From sequence record KP869112: 64,000 bases of DNA. One strand, written 5' to 3'. The notes below the pieces were generated by a model. The model was not told the DNA's origin. It did not search any database and worked only from the letters and a program-made list of their open reading frames with translations. This document shows positions 29,064 to 38,129 of this stretch, in pieces (within the stretch, counting starts at the first letter, position 1; every line of letters begins with the position of its first letter). A program made the position numbers and the translations under genes. Origin of the DNA: Escherichia coli O157 typing phage 14.

Positions 29064-29261
29064 TTATTTTTTATTAAACCAGTGGTTGATCTGACCTTTT
29101 GTCAGGGCGCAACGATTAAGCTGTTGCAGGGTATAGCTATGACCGCGACGAAATTTATAAAGGCCTTGCCCGTTGTTGATGGTTACATCCACCCGGCAAA
29201 TCACTTGATTGGTGACCACCTGGCGAGTGTTGCGACGTACTTTGATCCCGTATGCGTTCAT
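29064..29261 (-). CDS. small basic protein (65 aa)
   Basis: Internal ATG preceded by AAGAGGATAAATTT leader; ORF track 29064..29339. Confidence 0.4.
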   Translation of the reverse strand: MNAYGIKVRRNTRQVVTNQVICRVDVTINNGQGLYKFRRGHSYTLQQLNRCALTKGQINHWFNKK

Positions 29262-29946
29262 AAATTTATCCTCTTTACTGGTTAGTGCGGTGTTGTTCAC
29301 CTTGTAGGGTAATAATACCATGATTAACCTTGTTGTCAACGACTATTTTAAATTATTTTTATGATAGAATCCACCTGCCGCCCCCGCCAGGTTAACCACC
29401 ATTTTTTCGTACTCTTCTTTATGTTCCAACGCTCCCGCCATAGCCTTTTCAACCAGGGCGATAGCCTCAGCGTCATTAATCGCTACATTTTCCAGGGGAT
29501 CATATTACCTTTCATTTTTGTACCTCCTCTCCAGTTGTTGCCTACCCTATAGCATAGCCCTACCAGGTTTGCAAGCTTTCACTCTCCCCTGCCAGGCTGG
29601 CCCCGCCAGGTCCTGGCAGTGGGCGCACCTGGTTATAATTTTTTTTTTGAAAGGTGTTGACAGCGGCCCCGCCAGGTGGCACAATATACCTATCGAAAGG
29701 ACGGCAGGCACCGGTGACGGGGGAGACAACCACCGGGGATGGGCGCTGCATAAAATGAGAACGGTTATCATTATCATTTAAAAATTTATGCAAAAAATCC
29801 TTGCTTTCTTTGTCCTGTGTGATACTATAATAACAAGCCGGGGCAACAGGGGCCGGGAGACAATCACCGGGCCTGCCCGTTATTCTGCAAACGAGAATGA
29901 TTATCATTCAAAATTCTAAATGAGAACTCCTCACATTTAATAAATT

Positions 29947-29964
29947 TAATTAGCATGCTAATTA
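29947..29964. repeat. 18-bp perfect palindrome TAATTAGCATGCTAATTA
   Basis: Read directly; lies in AT-rich intergenic region. Confidence 0.7.
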
Positions 29965-30019
29965 CCCTCCGTAACAATTTCCTATAAAACAGTATCCCAT
30001 AAAATATTCCCATATAGAA

Positions 30020-30480
30020 ATTTTAAAAATCCATTTCTGAAAACGAAAAATCGATTTCGTCCCCAAAAATTTCAGGTCGAGATCCGGAACGATTTCCAGA
30101 AAATCCGATTCAGAAAACGAAAAACAGATCGAGTACTGAGAAATTTATCGAGAAAAATTTTCAGAAAATCCAAGCCCTGAAATGAAAAGTAGATCGAGTA
30201 CCTGGAAAGCTGCACCGCAACTTCAAGATAGTGGTTAGATTGTTACCATAGAAGGTCAAGGGTAAGTGGAGGAAGTTCTGGTAGAGGGAGGTTAGCATGT
30301 GTGGGAAATCTATAATGGTGGCCTGGAATATGGTGCAAACGATAGGATGAGTTATTCAGCTTGTCGCGCCTACTCTGAAAAATCCATTTTAGTTTTCGAT
30401 CCATTTTCTGATTTTCTAAGAATTTTAAAATATCCAGCCTGGTGAAATATCAAAAGGAGGAAATCCATTTTAGAAATCCC
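30020..30480. repeat. cluster of degenerate direct repeats (GAAAATCC / CTGAAAACGAAAAA / AGATCGAGTAC)
   Basis: At least seven related copies in 460 bp of non-coding DNA. Confidence 0.55.
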
Positions 30481-30513
30481 CCTTATACTTGATATGCCAG
30501 GAATTTTCAAGTA

Positions 30514-30843
30514 TCAGTTGTCTTTGTTTTTAGGTTTGTACATGCGCAGAGGTATGGTCTTTGTAACATTCCATTTCCTCAACCCTTCCCAGCTCCAGTT
30601 GTGGGCGTGGTATCCGGTTATGCATGCACTACTGGGGTGATCGTAAGCATAAGAGAACGCTAAGCGCACCAGGTGGGGCCAGTCCTTCCATGGTTGTGGA
30701 CCGTAAGCTTTTCTCCAACACCGACACAAACTAAATGTCTCAAGGATAGGAAGGATAACAAACCCATACACTGTCACCAAAATAGCCAGCGCAATGATTG
30801 TCAGGAATACATACCCTGCAGTTGAAACGATGATCTCTGTCAT
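30514..30843 (-). CDS. membrane protein (109 aa)
   Basis: N-terminal TM helix VFLTIIALAILVTVYGFVILPIL. Confidence 0.5.
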   Translation of the reverse strand: MTEIIVSTAGYVFLTIIALAILVTVYGFVILPILETFSLCRCWRKAYGPQPWKDWPHLVRLAFSYAYDHPSSACITGYHAHNWSWEGLRKWNVTKTIPLRMYKPKNKDN

Positions 30844-31043
30844 TTGTCGTCCCCTTTCTTACGAATATAGATGTGAGAGCCTGCCTGTATATAAATTTCT
30901 CGACCATCCTCTGCAAAGATATGAAATACACGATCACCTTCGTACTCGATACGAGATATCTTCATAATGGTCTTTCCACCTGGGATACGGATCTCGTCTC
31001 CCACAGCGATGTTCCATGCAGATTTAAGCTTAAACATCTGCAC
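30840..31043 (-). CDS. hypothetical protein (67 aa)
   Basis: Overlapping-junction ORF. Confidence 0.45.
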   Translation of the reverse strand: MQMFKLKSAWNIAVGDEIRIPGGKTIMKISRIEYEGDRVFHIFAEDGREIYIQAGSHIYIRKKGDDK

Positions 31044-31275
31044 CCTCCTTTGGGAACTTAAACTCTGGCATAGCCATATACGCTACAACAGGGTTGTGAT
31101 CAAAGTAGAACTGACCGTTAATTATCCCGGTTTTGTCCACATAGTTACCAGATCCTGCAAGAACAACCTCGCAAGCTCCGAAATCCACCTTGCCATTCTC
31201 ATCTGCCATGGCTACAATATACTTTCCTAGAGGCATGTTTTTAACGCCGTCTACAAATGTCCACCCTTTGTTCAT
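31030..31275 (-). CDS. hypothetical protein (81 aa)
   Basis: ORF in minus array. Confidence 0.45.
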   Translation of the reverse strand: MNKGWTFVDGVKNMPLGKYIVAMADENGKVDFGACEVVLAGSGNYVDKTGIINGQFYFDHNPVVAYMAMPEFKFPKEGADV

Positions 31276-31296
31276 AACTTTATCTCCTGCATTCTC

Positions 31297-31629
31297 TTAA
31301 GGTAACCAGTAAACAATCTCACCTTTCAGCTTCATGTCGTTTCCAACATAAATTTGCCAGCCATCCATCTTAGCAACTGTAGGCCCAAAGTCATCCGCAC
31401 CTCTTACCTCTTTCCAGGCTCCGTAGTCAGGTTGCCAGATATAGAATCCACCTTCTTTGTCCCATGCTCCGTACACTACGTTTAACAGGTTTCCCATTGC
31501 AACAATGGTGGGCCGTGGGAATAATACATCTACAGATGCGCCACAATTTCGGGTATCTTTTAAGTTGCAATCCCAAAAGATGTCTGCCAGTGTGGCAGCG
31601 ATAGCTTTACGTCTTTCTAATGTTACCAT
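31297..31629 (-). CDS. hypothetical protein (110 aa)
   Basis: ORF in minus array. Confidence 0.5.
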   Translation of the reverse strand: MVTLERRKAIAATLADIFWDCNLKDTRNCGASVDVLFPRPTIVAMGNLLNVVYGAWDKEGGFYIWQPDYGAWKEVRGADDFGPTVAKMDGWQIYVGNDMKLKGEIVYWLP

Positions 31630-31638
31630 ATATCATAC

Positions 31639-31830
31639 TCACTTGTTGTTAATAAGTTCTAAAACTTTCTGTCTTACTTTGTCAAGGTCTGTTGATTCAA
31701 AAACTGTACGATATCCCCAACTTTGCCCATAGGAGTGACTGCAATCCCCGTAGCACCATTGCTCAATTTGATAGTATTCAAGGAACGGGTGCTGTCTAAC
31801 TATGATACCATCCCGGTTAAAAATTACCAT
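31639..31830 (-). CDS. hypothetical protein (63 aa)
   Basis: ORF in minus array. Confidence 0.4.
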   Translation of the reverse strand: MVIFNRDGIIVRQHPFLEYYQIEQWCYGDCSHSYGQSWGYRTVFESTDLDKVRQKVLELINNK

Positions 31831-31893
31831 AATACATCACTCTCTGTTAGTTTATGCGTATATTATACACTGCAGTTTTCAGATGTCAACCTC

Positions 31894-32145
31894 TTACAGA
31901 TTGCTCCAGTACAATCGGCATTTACATTTTGGGCAATGAGGTTCTTTTATGTAATAACCGTCAGTCTTTGGAACACTTTTTGGTGCAGTTTTAAGATTGT
32001 ACCTGGTAAAACATCGGAAGCAGGTTACCTCTCCCACCTGTTGATCGTTGATCCACTCACCGGAGTAAAGTTCTTTCTTGTTTCTCATAATTCTCTCCCA
32101 AATCCTCTGCAATCTTATACCAAAATCTCCAGCCAGAAAGCACAC
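31894..32145 (-). CDS. small zinc-ribbon-like protein
   Basis: CxxC...CxxC pairs (CFRCF...CPKCKC). Confidence 0.45.
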   Translation of the reverse strand: MCFLAGDFGIRLQRIWERIMRNKKELYSGEWINDQQVGEVTCFRCFTRYNLKTAPKSVPKTDGYYIKEPHCPKCKCRLYWSNL

Positions 32146-32339
32146 GGGAACACTTTGAGGATTGAATCTTTACCTGGTTCAGCAGTTCTTTTTCCGTAGG
32201 GTAGGTAGAAATACCCTCCTGCAGATTCGAACACAGCCCCTTCGGTTGTATCTATCACAGCTAGAATTAAGATTTTAGTCTCCACAGTGCTCTCCTCTCT
32301 TAGTTGTCGTGGAAACTATATCACCTCAGAAGATGGCCG

Positions 32340-32798
32340 TCAACACTTTTTGTACTCCACCACGACAATATCTATGTCGAAAGTGGCAAGGTTAATAACG
32401 TCCTCTACGTGTTCCCACTTCAAACCGCCTATGCCGCACCCGATCTTAGGGATGTAGAATGGTAAAGTCGATCCGCTGAATACTTCATTGACTAGCTCAA
32501 AGCCTTTCAGGATTGAGAAATACTCAGCATTAGGTCCTGGGTAGAACTGGGTATATAGATTGATTCCGTAGACAATACCTATCGGAGATAAGTGCTCCCA
32601 TCGGGAGAACGCACCCAGTTTACTTAGGCAACCGTATCTAGTCTCTTTGTCGGCTGACAGTGCTTGAGGAAACTCACGGGCAATCTGTTTTGCTATACCC
32701 TTGCCCATTGTGTGGAAGCAGTTACAACCGTGGATCAGGTGACCAGCACCGCTCTTAAAAAGGGAGATTAAATCTCCCTCTACAGTATCAATAATCAC
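32340..32798 (-). CDS. macro domain protein (ADP-ribose binding/processing)
   Basis: V-EGDL...HGCNCF...MGKGIA and C-terminal IPKIGCGIGG match macro-domain signatures; GTG start with GAGGAG RBS chosen (ORF track 32340..32879). Confidence 0.5.
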   Translation of the reverse strand: MIIDTVEGDLISLFKSGAGHLIHGCNCFHTMGKGIAKQIAREFPQALSADKETRYGCLSKLGAFSRWEHLSPIGIVYGINLYTQFYPGPNAEYFSILKGFELVNEVFSGSTLPFYIPKIGCGIGGLKWEHVEDVINLATFDIDIVVVEYKKC

Positions 32799-33213
32799 GG
32801 TAAGCCAGCTCCTCTTCCGCAATTTCAAAAAACTCAGTCCAGCACTGTGGCATATTGGAGTTACCGAAGTGGCTTTCATAGTAAAGGTTCTTACCGCTAG
32901 GAAGGTAGAAATCTGTTACCTCATAAAATCCACAATCGTCGCACTCACCTTCTTCAAACTTGGCCTTAACCTTAATACCGAGGAAGGTGAAAAGTTTATG
33001 GACATCTTCAGTTTCGAACTCCCAGGGAATGTTGTTTTCCGCATCGGTGTAGAACTGGATCAGCAGACCATTGTCCAGTTTACCAAAATACTCTGTGAAG
33101 TAACTTCCTTCCCAGAAATCTTTATGACAAATAATATCCATGCGTTTGCCCATAATAATGGTGTGAGCGTTTTGGGCATCGTCACGAATCAGTTTTGGCA
33201 TTTCATAGATCAT
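32788..33213 (-). CDS. hypothetical protein (141 aa)
   Basis: ORF in minus array. Confidence 0.5.
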   Translation of the reverse strand: MIYEMPKLIRDDAQNAHTIIMGKRMDIICHKDFWEGSYFTEYFGKLDNGLLIQFYTDAENNIPWEFETEDVHKLFTFLGIKVKAKFEEGECDDCGFYEVTDFYLPSGKNLYYESHFGNSNMPQCWTEFFEIAEEELAYRDY

Positions 33214-33281
33214 CTTAGTTCTCCGGGTTCAACAGGTGGTGGCGCTACAGGAAGATCATAAAACATAGCTATCACAGTCTC

Positions 33282-33479
33282 TTACACAGGAATTGCTTCA
33301 AACAGGCCGTTATCTATACCGTCCTTCAGATAGAGATTATATTCTATGTCGGTATCTGTGTAAAGGGCAGCATCCAGCATTCTATCTGTGAGTCCATCCA
33401 TTGGGTGGAGAAACCACCACCCACGCCAGTCAAAGTAACAGCCTGGTGCATCTTCTCTTACACGGATTCGATAAATCAT
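33282..33479 (-). CDS. hypothetical protein (65 aa)
   Basis: ORF in minus array. Confidence 0.4.
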   Translation of the reverse strand: MIYRIRVREDAPGCYFDWRGWWFLHPMDGLTDRMLDAALYTDTDIEYNLYLKDGIDNGLFEAIPV

Positions 33480-33575
33480 GGGCAGTGGCCTCCTGTCAGT
33501 TATACATCCCAGTTTTCTTCGTTCATCACGTCCTCCCGTTCTATGAAGTTATAATTGCACACCTTTCAACCTGTG

Positions 33576-33992
33576 TCAACAGAAAACTTCAACAAATTCT
33601 TCCACAGTTTTAATGTCGTGGGAAAAAGGTTTACGGCTATAACGGGCAATAGCACTATCAACCACCGCCCGGTACTCTAAATCTTCAGAGTATTTCATGA
33701 AGCATTGTAGCGTCTCTGGACAGATAGCTAAATAGCTCCACCACCCCTCTTCAGATTGGTAGTCGAATCCCATACTCTCCAACCATGAAGCGTACACACC
33801 TGCACCCTCTAGCCAGTGGGTATTTTCATCAAGAAATTTATTCACCGACATGTGTGCTTCCAGGCACTCGTCAAGCTCTTTTCCGTTAACCAGCCATGCA
33901 CTGACTGTGGCGCATCCGAGGTCTACAGATTGAGTTGACAGGTTATATTGGTCATAGTTCTCAGGTTTAACAATGATATCTTCTAATGTCAT
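33576..33992 (-). CDS. hypothetical protein (138 aa)
   Basis: ORF in minus array. Confidence 0.5.
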   Translation of the reverse strand: MTLEDIIVKPENYDQYNLSTQSVDLGCATVSAWLVNGKELDECLEAHMSVNKFLDENTHWLEGAGVYASWLESMGFDYQSEEGWWSYLAICPETLQCFMKYSEDLEYRAVVDSAIARYSRKPFSHDIKTVEEFVEVFC

Positions 33993-34054
33993 TTTTCAGA
34001 TCTCCTTATACAAAAATGCCCCACCCTTTCGGGCAGGGCTATGTTAACTAGATG

Positions 34055-35281
34055 TTAAAACGGTATGTCATCATCAAAGGCGTACTGTGCTGGATTCTGA
34101 TCCATCGGGTCATCTTCCTCATCATTTACAGGAGGAGCGTCTACAGTGTTTTGCTGTGGAGCTGCTTCCTGTTTGGCAGCCTGAGGTTCTTGATGGTCAG
34201 TTGACCCAGCACCGTTCTTGATCCAATCGTACAACGGCTCAGCCAGATTAGTCAAGACATCTTTTGCTTCTGCAGTAATTGCCACTGCAAAATCATCAAC
34301 TTTCGTTTTCTTGTCAATACGGCGACAAGCGTTCAACACCGCATTACCGACACTGGCACCTACTTCATCTTCAGTTCGGTTGGTGGCTTGAGCATACTCT
34401 TTCTTAAGCTCAATAGTGACTACGTGTAGTGTTTTAGCCACTCCTAGTGGGTCGTCTACCTTAAACCCGCGATCCAGGATGATTTGCAACGCATTGATGC
34501 TATGCCCCGTTTCCACACCGATAGGGTCGTAAGAGGATTTACGCTTGCCACCAGAGCCTTGAGTGCCGTTCTCTGCCTTAGGAGGATAGGCCTTGAAACC
34601 ACTGATAATGTTTCCGGTGTCTTTGTCAACAATGGCTGCAACACGACCACCTACCACCAGGTCTTTAAGCTGCTCATCAGTTACAACCATAGCACCTTCG
34701 CCAATCTTGTGGTCATTAACAGTAACCACGTTGCCAACAATCTGAGTCACATCACCATAGATGCGTAAAACGTCCTGATTGGCATTCTGCTGAGGTTTCT
34801 GCTTCTGGCCTTGTGATTGTGCACCTTGTTGCTGTTTTTGCTGCTGAGTCGCTGCTGGAGCCTCTCCTGCACCCAGCTTAACCATCTTAGCCAGTGAGCC
34901 CTTGTAATAGGTCTTACCGTTATGCTCGTTTGCCTTCAAAGGGATATTTACGATCCATCCTGGCGTTACGGTTTCCCACTTGTCATCAATCTTAACAGAG
35001 ACAGAGTCTTGATGACCTGGTTTAAGCAGCTTATCACCCATGCTGATCCAGACTTCTTCACCACCTTGAAGCAGGTTATCAGAGGAATCCAGTTCAGAAA
35101 TCAGTAAAGAGATGGTGTGGCTGGATTCAATTTTCTTACCTTGCCACACAGTGGTTTTAATACCTGTTGTAGGATCAGCACCTTTGATAGGCTTGATGCT
35201 AACACGTTTAATCATGCCGTGAGCCAGTAAAACAGTTTCACGCGGATTCATTGGGTTAGCGAATTGTTGAATAACGCTCAT
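34055..35281 (-). CDS. single-stranded DNA-binding protein-like, with SSB-type C-terminal tail
   Basis: Terminal DDDIPF hexapeptide identical to the bacterial SSB tip; Gln/Gly-rich linker; sits in replication block. Confidence 0.5.
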   Translation of the reverse strand: MSVIQQFANPMNPRETVLLAHGMIKRVSIKPIKGADPTTGIKTTVWQGKKIESSHTISLLISELDSSDNLLQGGEEVWISMGDKLLKPGHQDSVSVKIDDKWETVTPGWIVNIPLKANEHNGKTYYKGSLAKMVKLGAGEAPAATQQQKQQQGAQSQGQKQKPQQNANQDVLRIYGDVTQIVGNVVTVNDHKIGEGAMVVTDEQLKDLVVGGRVAAIVDKDTGNIISGFKAYPPKAENGTQGSGGKRKSSYDPIGVETGHSINALQIILDRGFKVDDPLGVAKTLHVVTIELKKEYAQATNRTEDEVGASVGNAVLNACRRIDKKTKVDDFAVAITAEAKDVLTNLAEPLYDWIKNGAGSTDHQEPQAAKQEAAPQQNTVDAPPVNDEEDDPMDQNPAQYAFDDDIPF

Positions 35282-35646
35282 TATTTGTCTCCTTGTTCTT
35301 CGTTAGTGCTTGCCGTGTGTGCGAACCCTGCTTGAATTAATTTGTCCTGAACTTGAGCCAACAGGCCCATTGCAAAACTTGTGGTCCCAGAGAGGGCCAT
35401 CAGCATATCCCGTTGTTGAGCTACCCAACCTAAGGCATAGTCCAAACGACGATATTTTTCTTCTTCACGCAAAGCTTGGAATAATTGTTCAGCCTCTGGC
35501 TGTTGTGTGAGCTCCTGAAGTCTTCCCATGAAAGAAGAAAGCACTAGCAGAAGAGACACTTGATCTTTACTTAACCCTAAGAAAAATTCTTGAGGTTGTT
35601 CTTGCTCGTTCATCGCAACCGACGCTTGATCGTTCATTTGTTCCAT
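35281..35646 (-). CDS. hypothetical protein (121 aa)
   Basis: Overlapping junction with SSB-like gene. Confidence 0.5.
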   Translation of the reverse strand: MEQMNDQASVAMNEQEQPQEFFLGLSKDQVSLLLVLSSFMGRLQELTQQPEAEQLFQALREEEKYRRLDYALGWVAQQRDMLMALSGTTSFAMGLLAQVQDKLIQAGFAHTASTNEEQGDK

Positions 35647-35729
35647 TATGGAATCTCCGATTTTATTTGAACAACATAGAAGGAGACACTATTTTAGCAT
35701 CCCCTTCTGTAAATTACAATAGGTATTTG

Positions 35730-35975
35730 TTAGCCAATCACTTCGAAAGTTCCCCAATTCCCGTCCAGCAGGCAGGTGATCGGATCTCCATCGTCGTCAA
35801 AGATTTCAAAGTTTTCAGCATCCAGGATGTGGCCCTCGAACACAATACTCTCGTCGCCACCACCAGAAATAACAGCGTATTCCTTACCTTGAGTCAAGTT
35901 TTGACACCCTTTGCCACCAAAACCTACTTCCACACAACGTACTTTCTGTCCTGCGCGAGCAACTACTTCAGCCAT
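35730..35975 (-). CDS. small acidic protein (81 aa)
   Basis: ORF in minus array. Confidence 0.45.
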   Translation of the reverse strand: MAEVVARAGQKVRCVEVGFGGKGCQNLTQGKEYAVISGGGDESIVFEGHILDAENFEIFDDDGDPITCLLDGNWGTFEVIG

Positions 35976-35992
35976 CTTAAGGTCTCCTGATA

Positions 35993-36313
35993 TTAATCGT
36001 CAAGTTCAAAATAGATTTTAACAGCTTCATCAAAGATTGGAATCCCGATGTTGTTGATAAGCTGCCAAACTACCATATCTTTACCTGGGTCTGGGAGAAT
36101 GTCAACCTTTCTCCATGCGCTGTATATCCAGTTCGGACCACCTTCTGCACTAACTGGCAGATTTTCACCAGCCTCCTGCAGATACTTATACAGCAAAAGA
36201 TATTCTGGATACTCTAGAACACTGTCCTCTGTAGTGTATAGCAGTTCACGGTATACTTTTAAGAACCCTGCGGGGGTGATGTTTTCAGTCTTCATTTGCT
36301 GCCTCTCCTGCAT
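35993..36313 (-). CDS. hypothetical protein (106 aa)
   Basis: ORF in minus array. Confidence 0.5.
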   Translation of the reverse strand: MQERQQMKTENITPAGFLKVYRELLYTTEDSVLEYPEYLLLYKYLQEAGENLPVSAEGGPNWIYSAWRKVDILPDPGKDMVVWQLINNIGIPIFDEAVKIYFELDD

Positions 36314-36677
36314 TCATCAGATCTGCCATAGCGTCACCAACGAAGAGAACAACCACATCGTTGACAGCGTCAGTATCATCTTTGTTGACGTTGCTGAATT
36401 TAGGACACACAGCAATGATCATATAGACACCGTTACCCACCTGAACTGTCCGTGTGGTGCACATCATGGCGGTATTTGTGCCTTCTTTGAAGGCGAAGCC
36501 TTGAAGACGCTCCTCTAAAGTGTTACCGGTAGATTTCAGAAGCGCCAGCTCGTCCAAGGCATAGATGATGTCTCCGGAAGTTAGTGTTGCCTTGCCATCA
36601 GACACCATAATCACTCCATCAGCACCGTCAAGCTTAGAGGCTTCAAAGATATCAATATCCCAAATATTTTTCATCAC
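36285..36677 (-). CDS. hypothetical protein (130 aa)
   Basis: ORF in minus array. Confidence 0.5.
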   Translation of the reverse strand: MMKNIWDIDIFEASKLDGADGVIMVSDGKATLTSGDIIYALDELALLKSTGNTLEERLQGFAFKEGTNTAMMCTTRTVQVGNGVYMIIAVCPKFSNVNKDDTDAVNDVVVLFVGDAMADLMNAGEAANED

Positions 36678-36994
36678 GCTTCCTCGTCGTCTAAGGAGTT
36701 GAAGATTTCACCGAAGTATTCTAAGACTTCTAGCTCCCGTGTGGTGCAGAAAACACAGTCACCGTTGTCATCCTCGATAACGGCCTCTTTACCCAGAATA
36801 TCTACTTCAAGTTCATCGTTCAACAGGACGGCCCCTGTGTAAACTTTGTCAGCTGTGCAGTCCCGAAAAGCAAAGTCCTTCTCCAGATAGTCTGGCTTAA
36901 CCTTGGCTTTAATTCGTTGGTATTGTTTGGTCATTGCTGTGGTCCCCTTTCGTTTTGATAGGGCCATTATATTAGGCCCTATCACTGTTGTCAA
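36674..36994 (-). CDS. small Cys-containing acidic protein, paralog of 36998..37252
   Basis: Shared AF(K/R)DCT...(D/G)D(C/S)V(F/W)CT motifs. Confidence 0.5.
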   Translation of the reverse strand: MTTVIGPNIMALSKRKGTTAMTKQYQRIKAKVKPDYLEKDFAFRDCTADKVYTGAVLLNDELEVDILGKEAVIEDDNGDCVFCTTRELEVLEYFGEIFNSLDDEEA

Positions 36995-36997
36995 GTA

Positions 36998-37252
36998 TTA
37001 ATGTTCAGGTTTTACAAAAACGACTTCATTAACAGTGCACCAGACAGAGTCTCCTTCATCATCTTTAAAGGTAAGGCACTGTGCCGAGTTTTCCAGCTCA
37101 TCGATCTCTTCTTGTGATAAAGGGGCCCCTTCTTCCAGAAGGGCTTTTACCAGAGGGTTCTCACAAAACTCTGCTTCATAAATTGCACCGACTGTGCAAT
37201 CTTTAAAAGCTCGGTCATTTGCAACGCATTCTGGCTTCAAAGTAATTTTCAT
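36998..37252 (-). CDS. small Cys-containing acidic protein, paralog of 36674..36994
   Basis: See 36674..36994. Confidence 0.5.
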   Translation of the reverse strand: MKITLKPECVANDRAFKDCTVGAIYEAEFCENPLVKALLEEGAPLSQEEIDELENSAQCLTFKDDEGDSVWCTVNEVVFVKPEH

Positions 37253-37328
37253 CTTGGCAGTCTCCTTAGTTATTTAAAAATCAACGCTCTGTTTGTGTGA
37301 AGCATCTTATATCTAATCTTACTTCTTG

Positions 37329-37727
37329 TCAATGGCTATTTTCAATCAGCCACACAGGGTCGAGGTAAATTTGTTGGCGTGTTGCCCAATGACAAACTTC
37401 ATTGTACATCTGAATCTCTTTGTCCGTCAGTTCACGAATAGGCTCATCTATACCCTCATTTTTGTGGTAATCCCAGTCGGCATCGATTTCCCACAACCAT
37501 GACTTGTTGTCACCACGCTTACGCACACAGAAGTCACCAGGACGGCCTGCCAGTGCATTTAAGAACTCGTTCTCCGCTCGCTCCTGGAGAATACTAAGGA
37601 GCAAAACGTTGGAGCATGACCGTAAAATATGCTTCAGCTCACAATCATCAATCTCAACTTCAATACGTTGTTTGACTGTGTGGGTACCTTTTACTAACAT
37701 CCTACCTCCTCTAAACGAACTCTGCAA
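37329..37727 (-). CDS. hypothetical protein (132 aa)
   Basis: ORF in minus array. Confidence 0.5.
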   Translation of the reverse strand: MQSSFRGGRMLVKGTHTVKQRIEVEIDDCELKHILRSCSNVLLLSILQERAENEFLNALAGRPGDFCVRKRGDNKSWLWEIDADWDYHKNEGIDEPIRELTDKEIQMYNEVCHWATRQQIYLDPVWLIENSH

Positions 37728-37905
37728 GAGTTGTGTTGTTCACTGCACCGCAGTAAATGGAATATCCCAGCCCATTATAGTGTAAAAACCACGGCGTGCC
37801 GAAATTATCTTTCACGTAGACATCGCCGTTGTTTGTAAAGGGCCAATATTCTTCACCAAGGGTAAAATACCTATTCATACCCTCAGCCAGATACTTTACT
37901 TTCAT
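37711..37905 (-). CDS. hypothetical protein (64 aa)
   Basis: ORF in minus array. Confidence 0.4.
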   Translation of the reverse strand: MKVKYLAEGMNRYFTLGEEYWPFTNNGDVYVKDNFGTPWFLHYNGLGYSIYCGAVNNTTLAEFV

Positions 37906-38129
37906 AGGCCCTCTTCAACAGCTACAAACTTGGCAAGCAGGCTGGTTCCGTAGATATGATACTCACCGTTTGCCAGATGGGAGATAAACCAGGCAATCCC
38001 TTCCTCGTCTTTAATCATCTTGTTTGCACGATTTTTATCGTAATAAACCTCGTAGGTCTCTCCTTCTTTAAAGAAGGACAGGTCTGTCATCTTTTCTTCT
38101 ACAAAAGTAGCTTTAACCAAAGTTGTCAT
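37902..38129 (-). CDS. hypothetical protein (75 aa)
   Basis: 4-nt overlap junctions. Confidence 0.45.
   Translation of the reverse strand: MTTLVKATFVEEKMTDLSFFKEGETYEVYYDKNRANKMIKDEEGIAWFISHLANGEYHIYGTSLLAKFVAVEEGL

Noticed and set aside
29606-29690. CCAGG motifs in promoter spacers as Dcm/EcoRII-related sites
   Set aside because: GCCAGG occurs in several promoter-like spacers (29668, 20566) but the motif is short and the region is GC-rich; likely coincidental.
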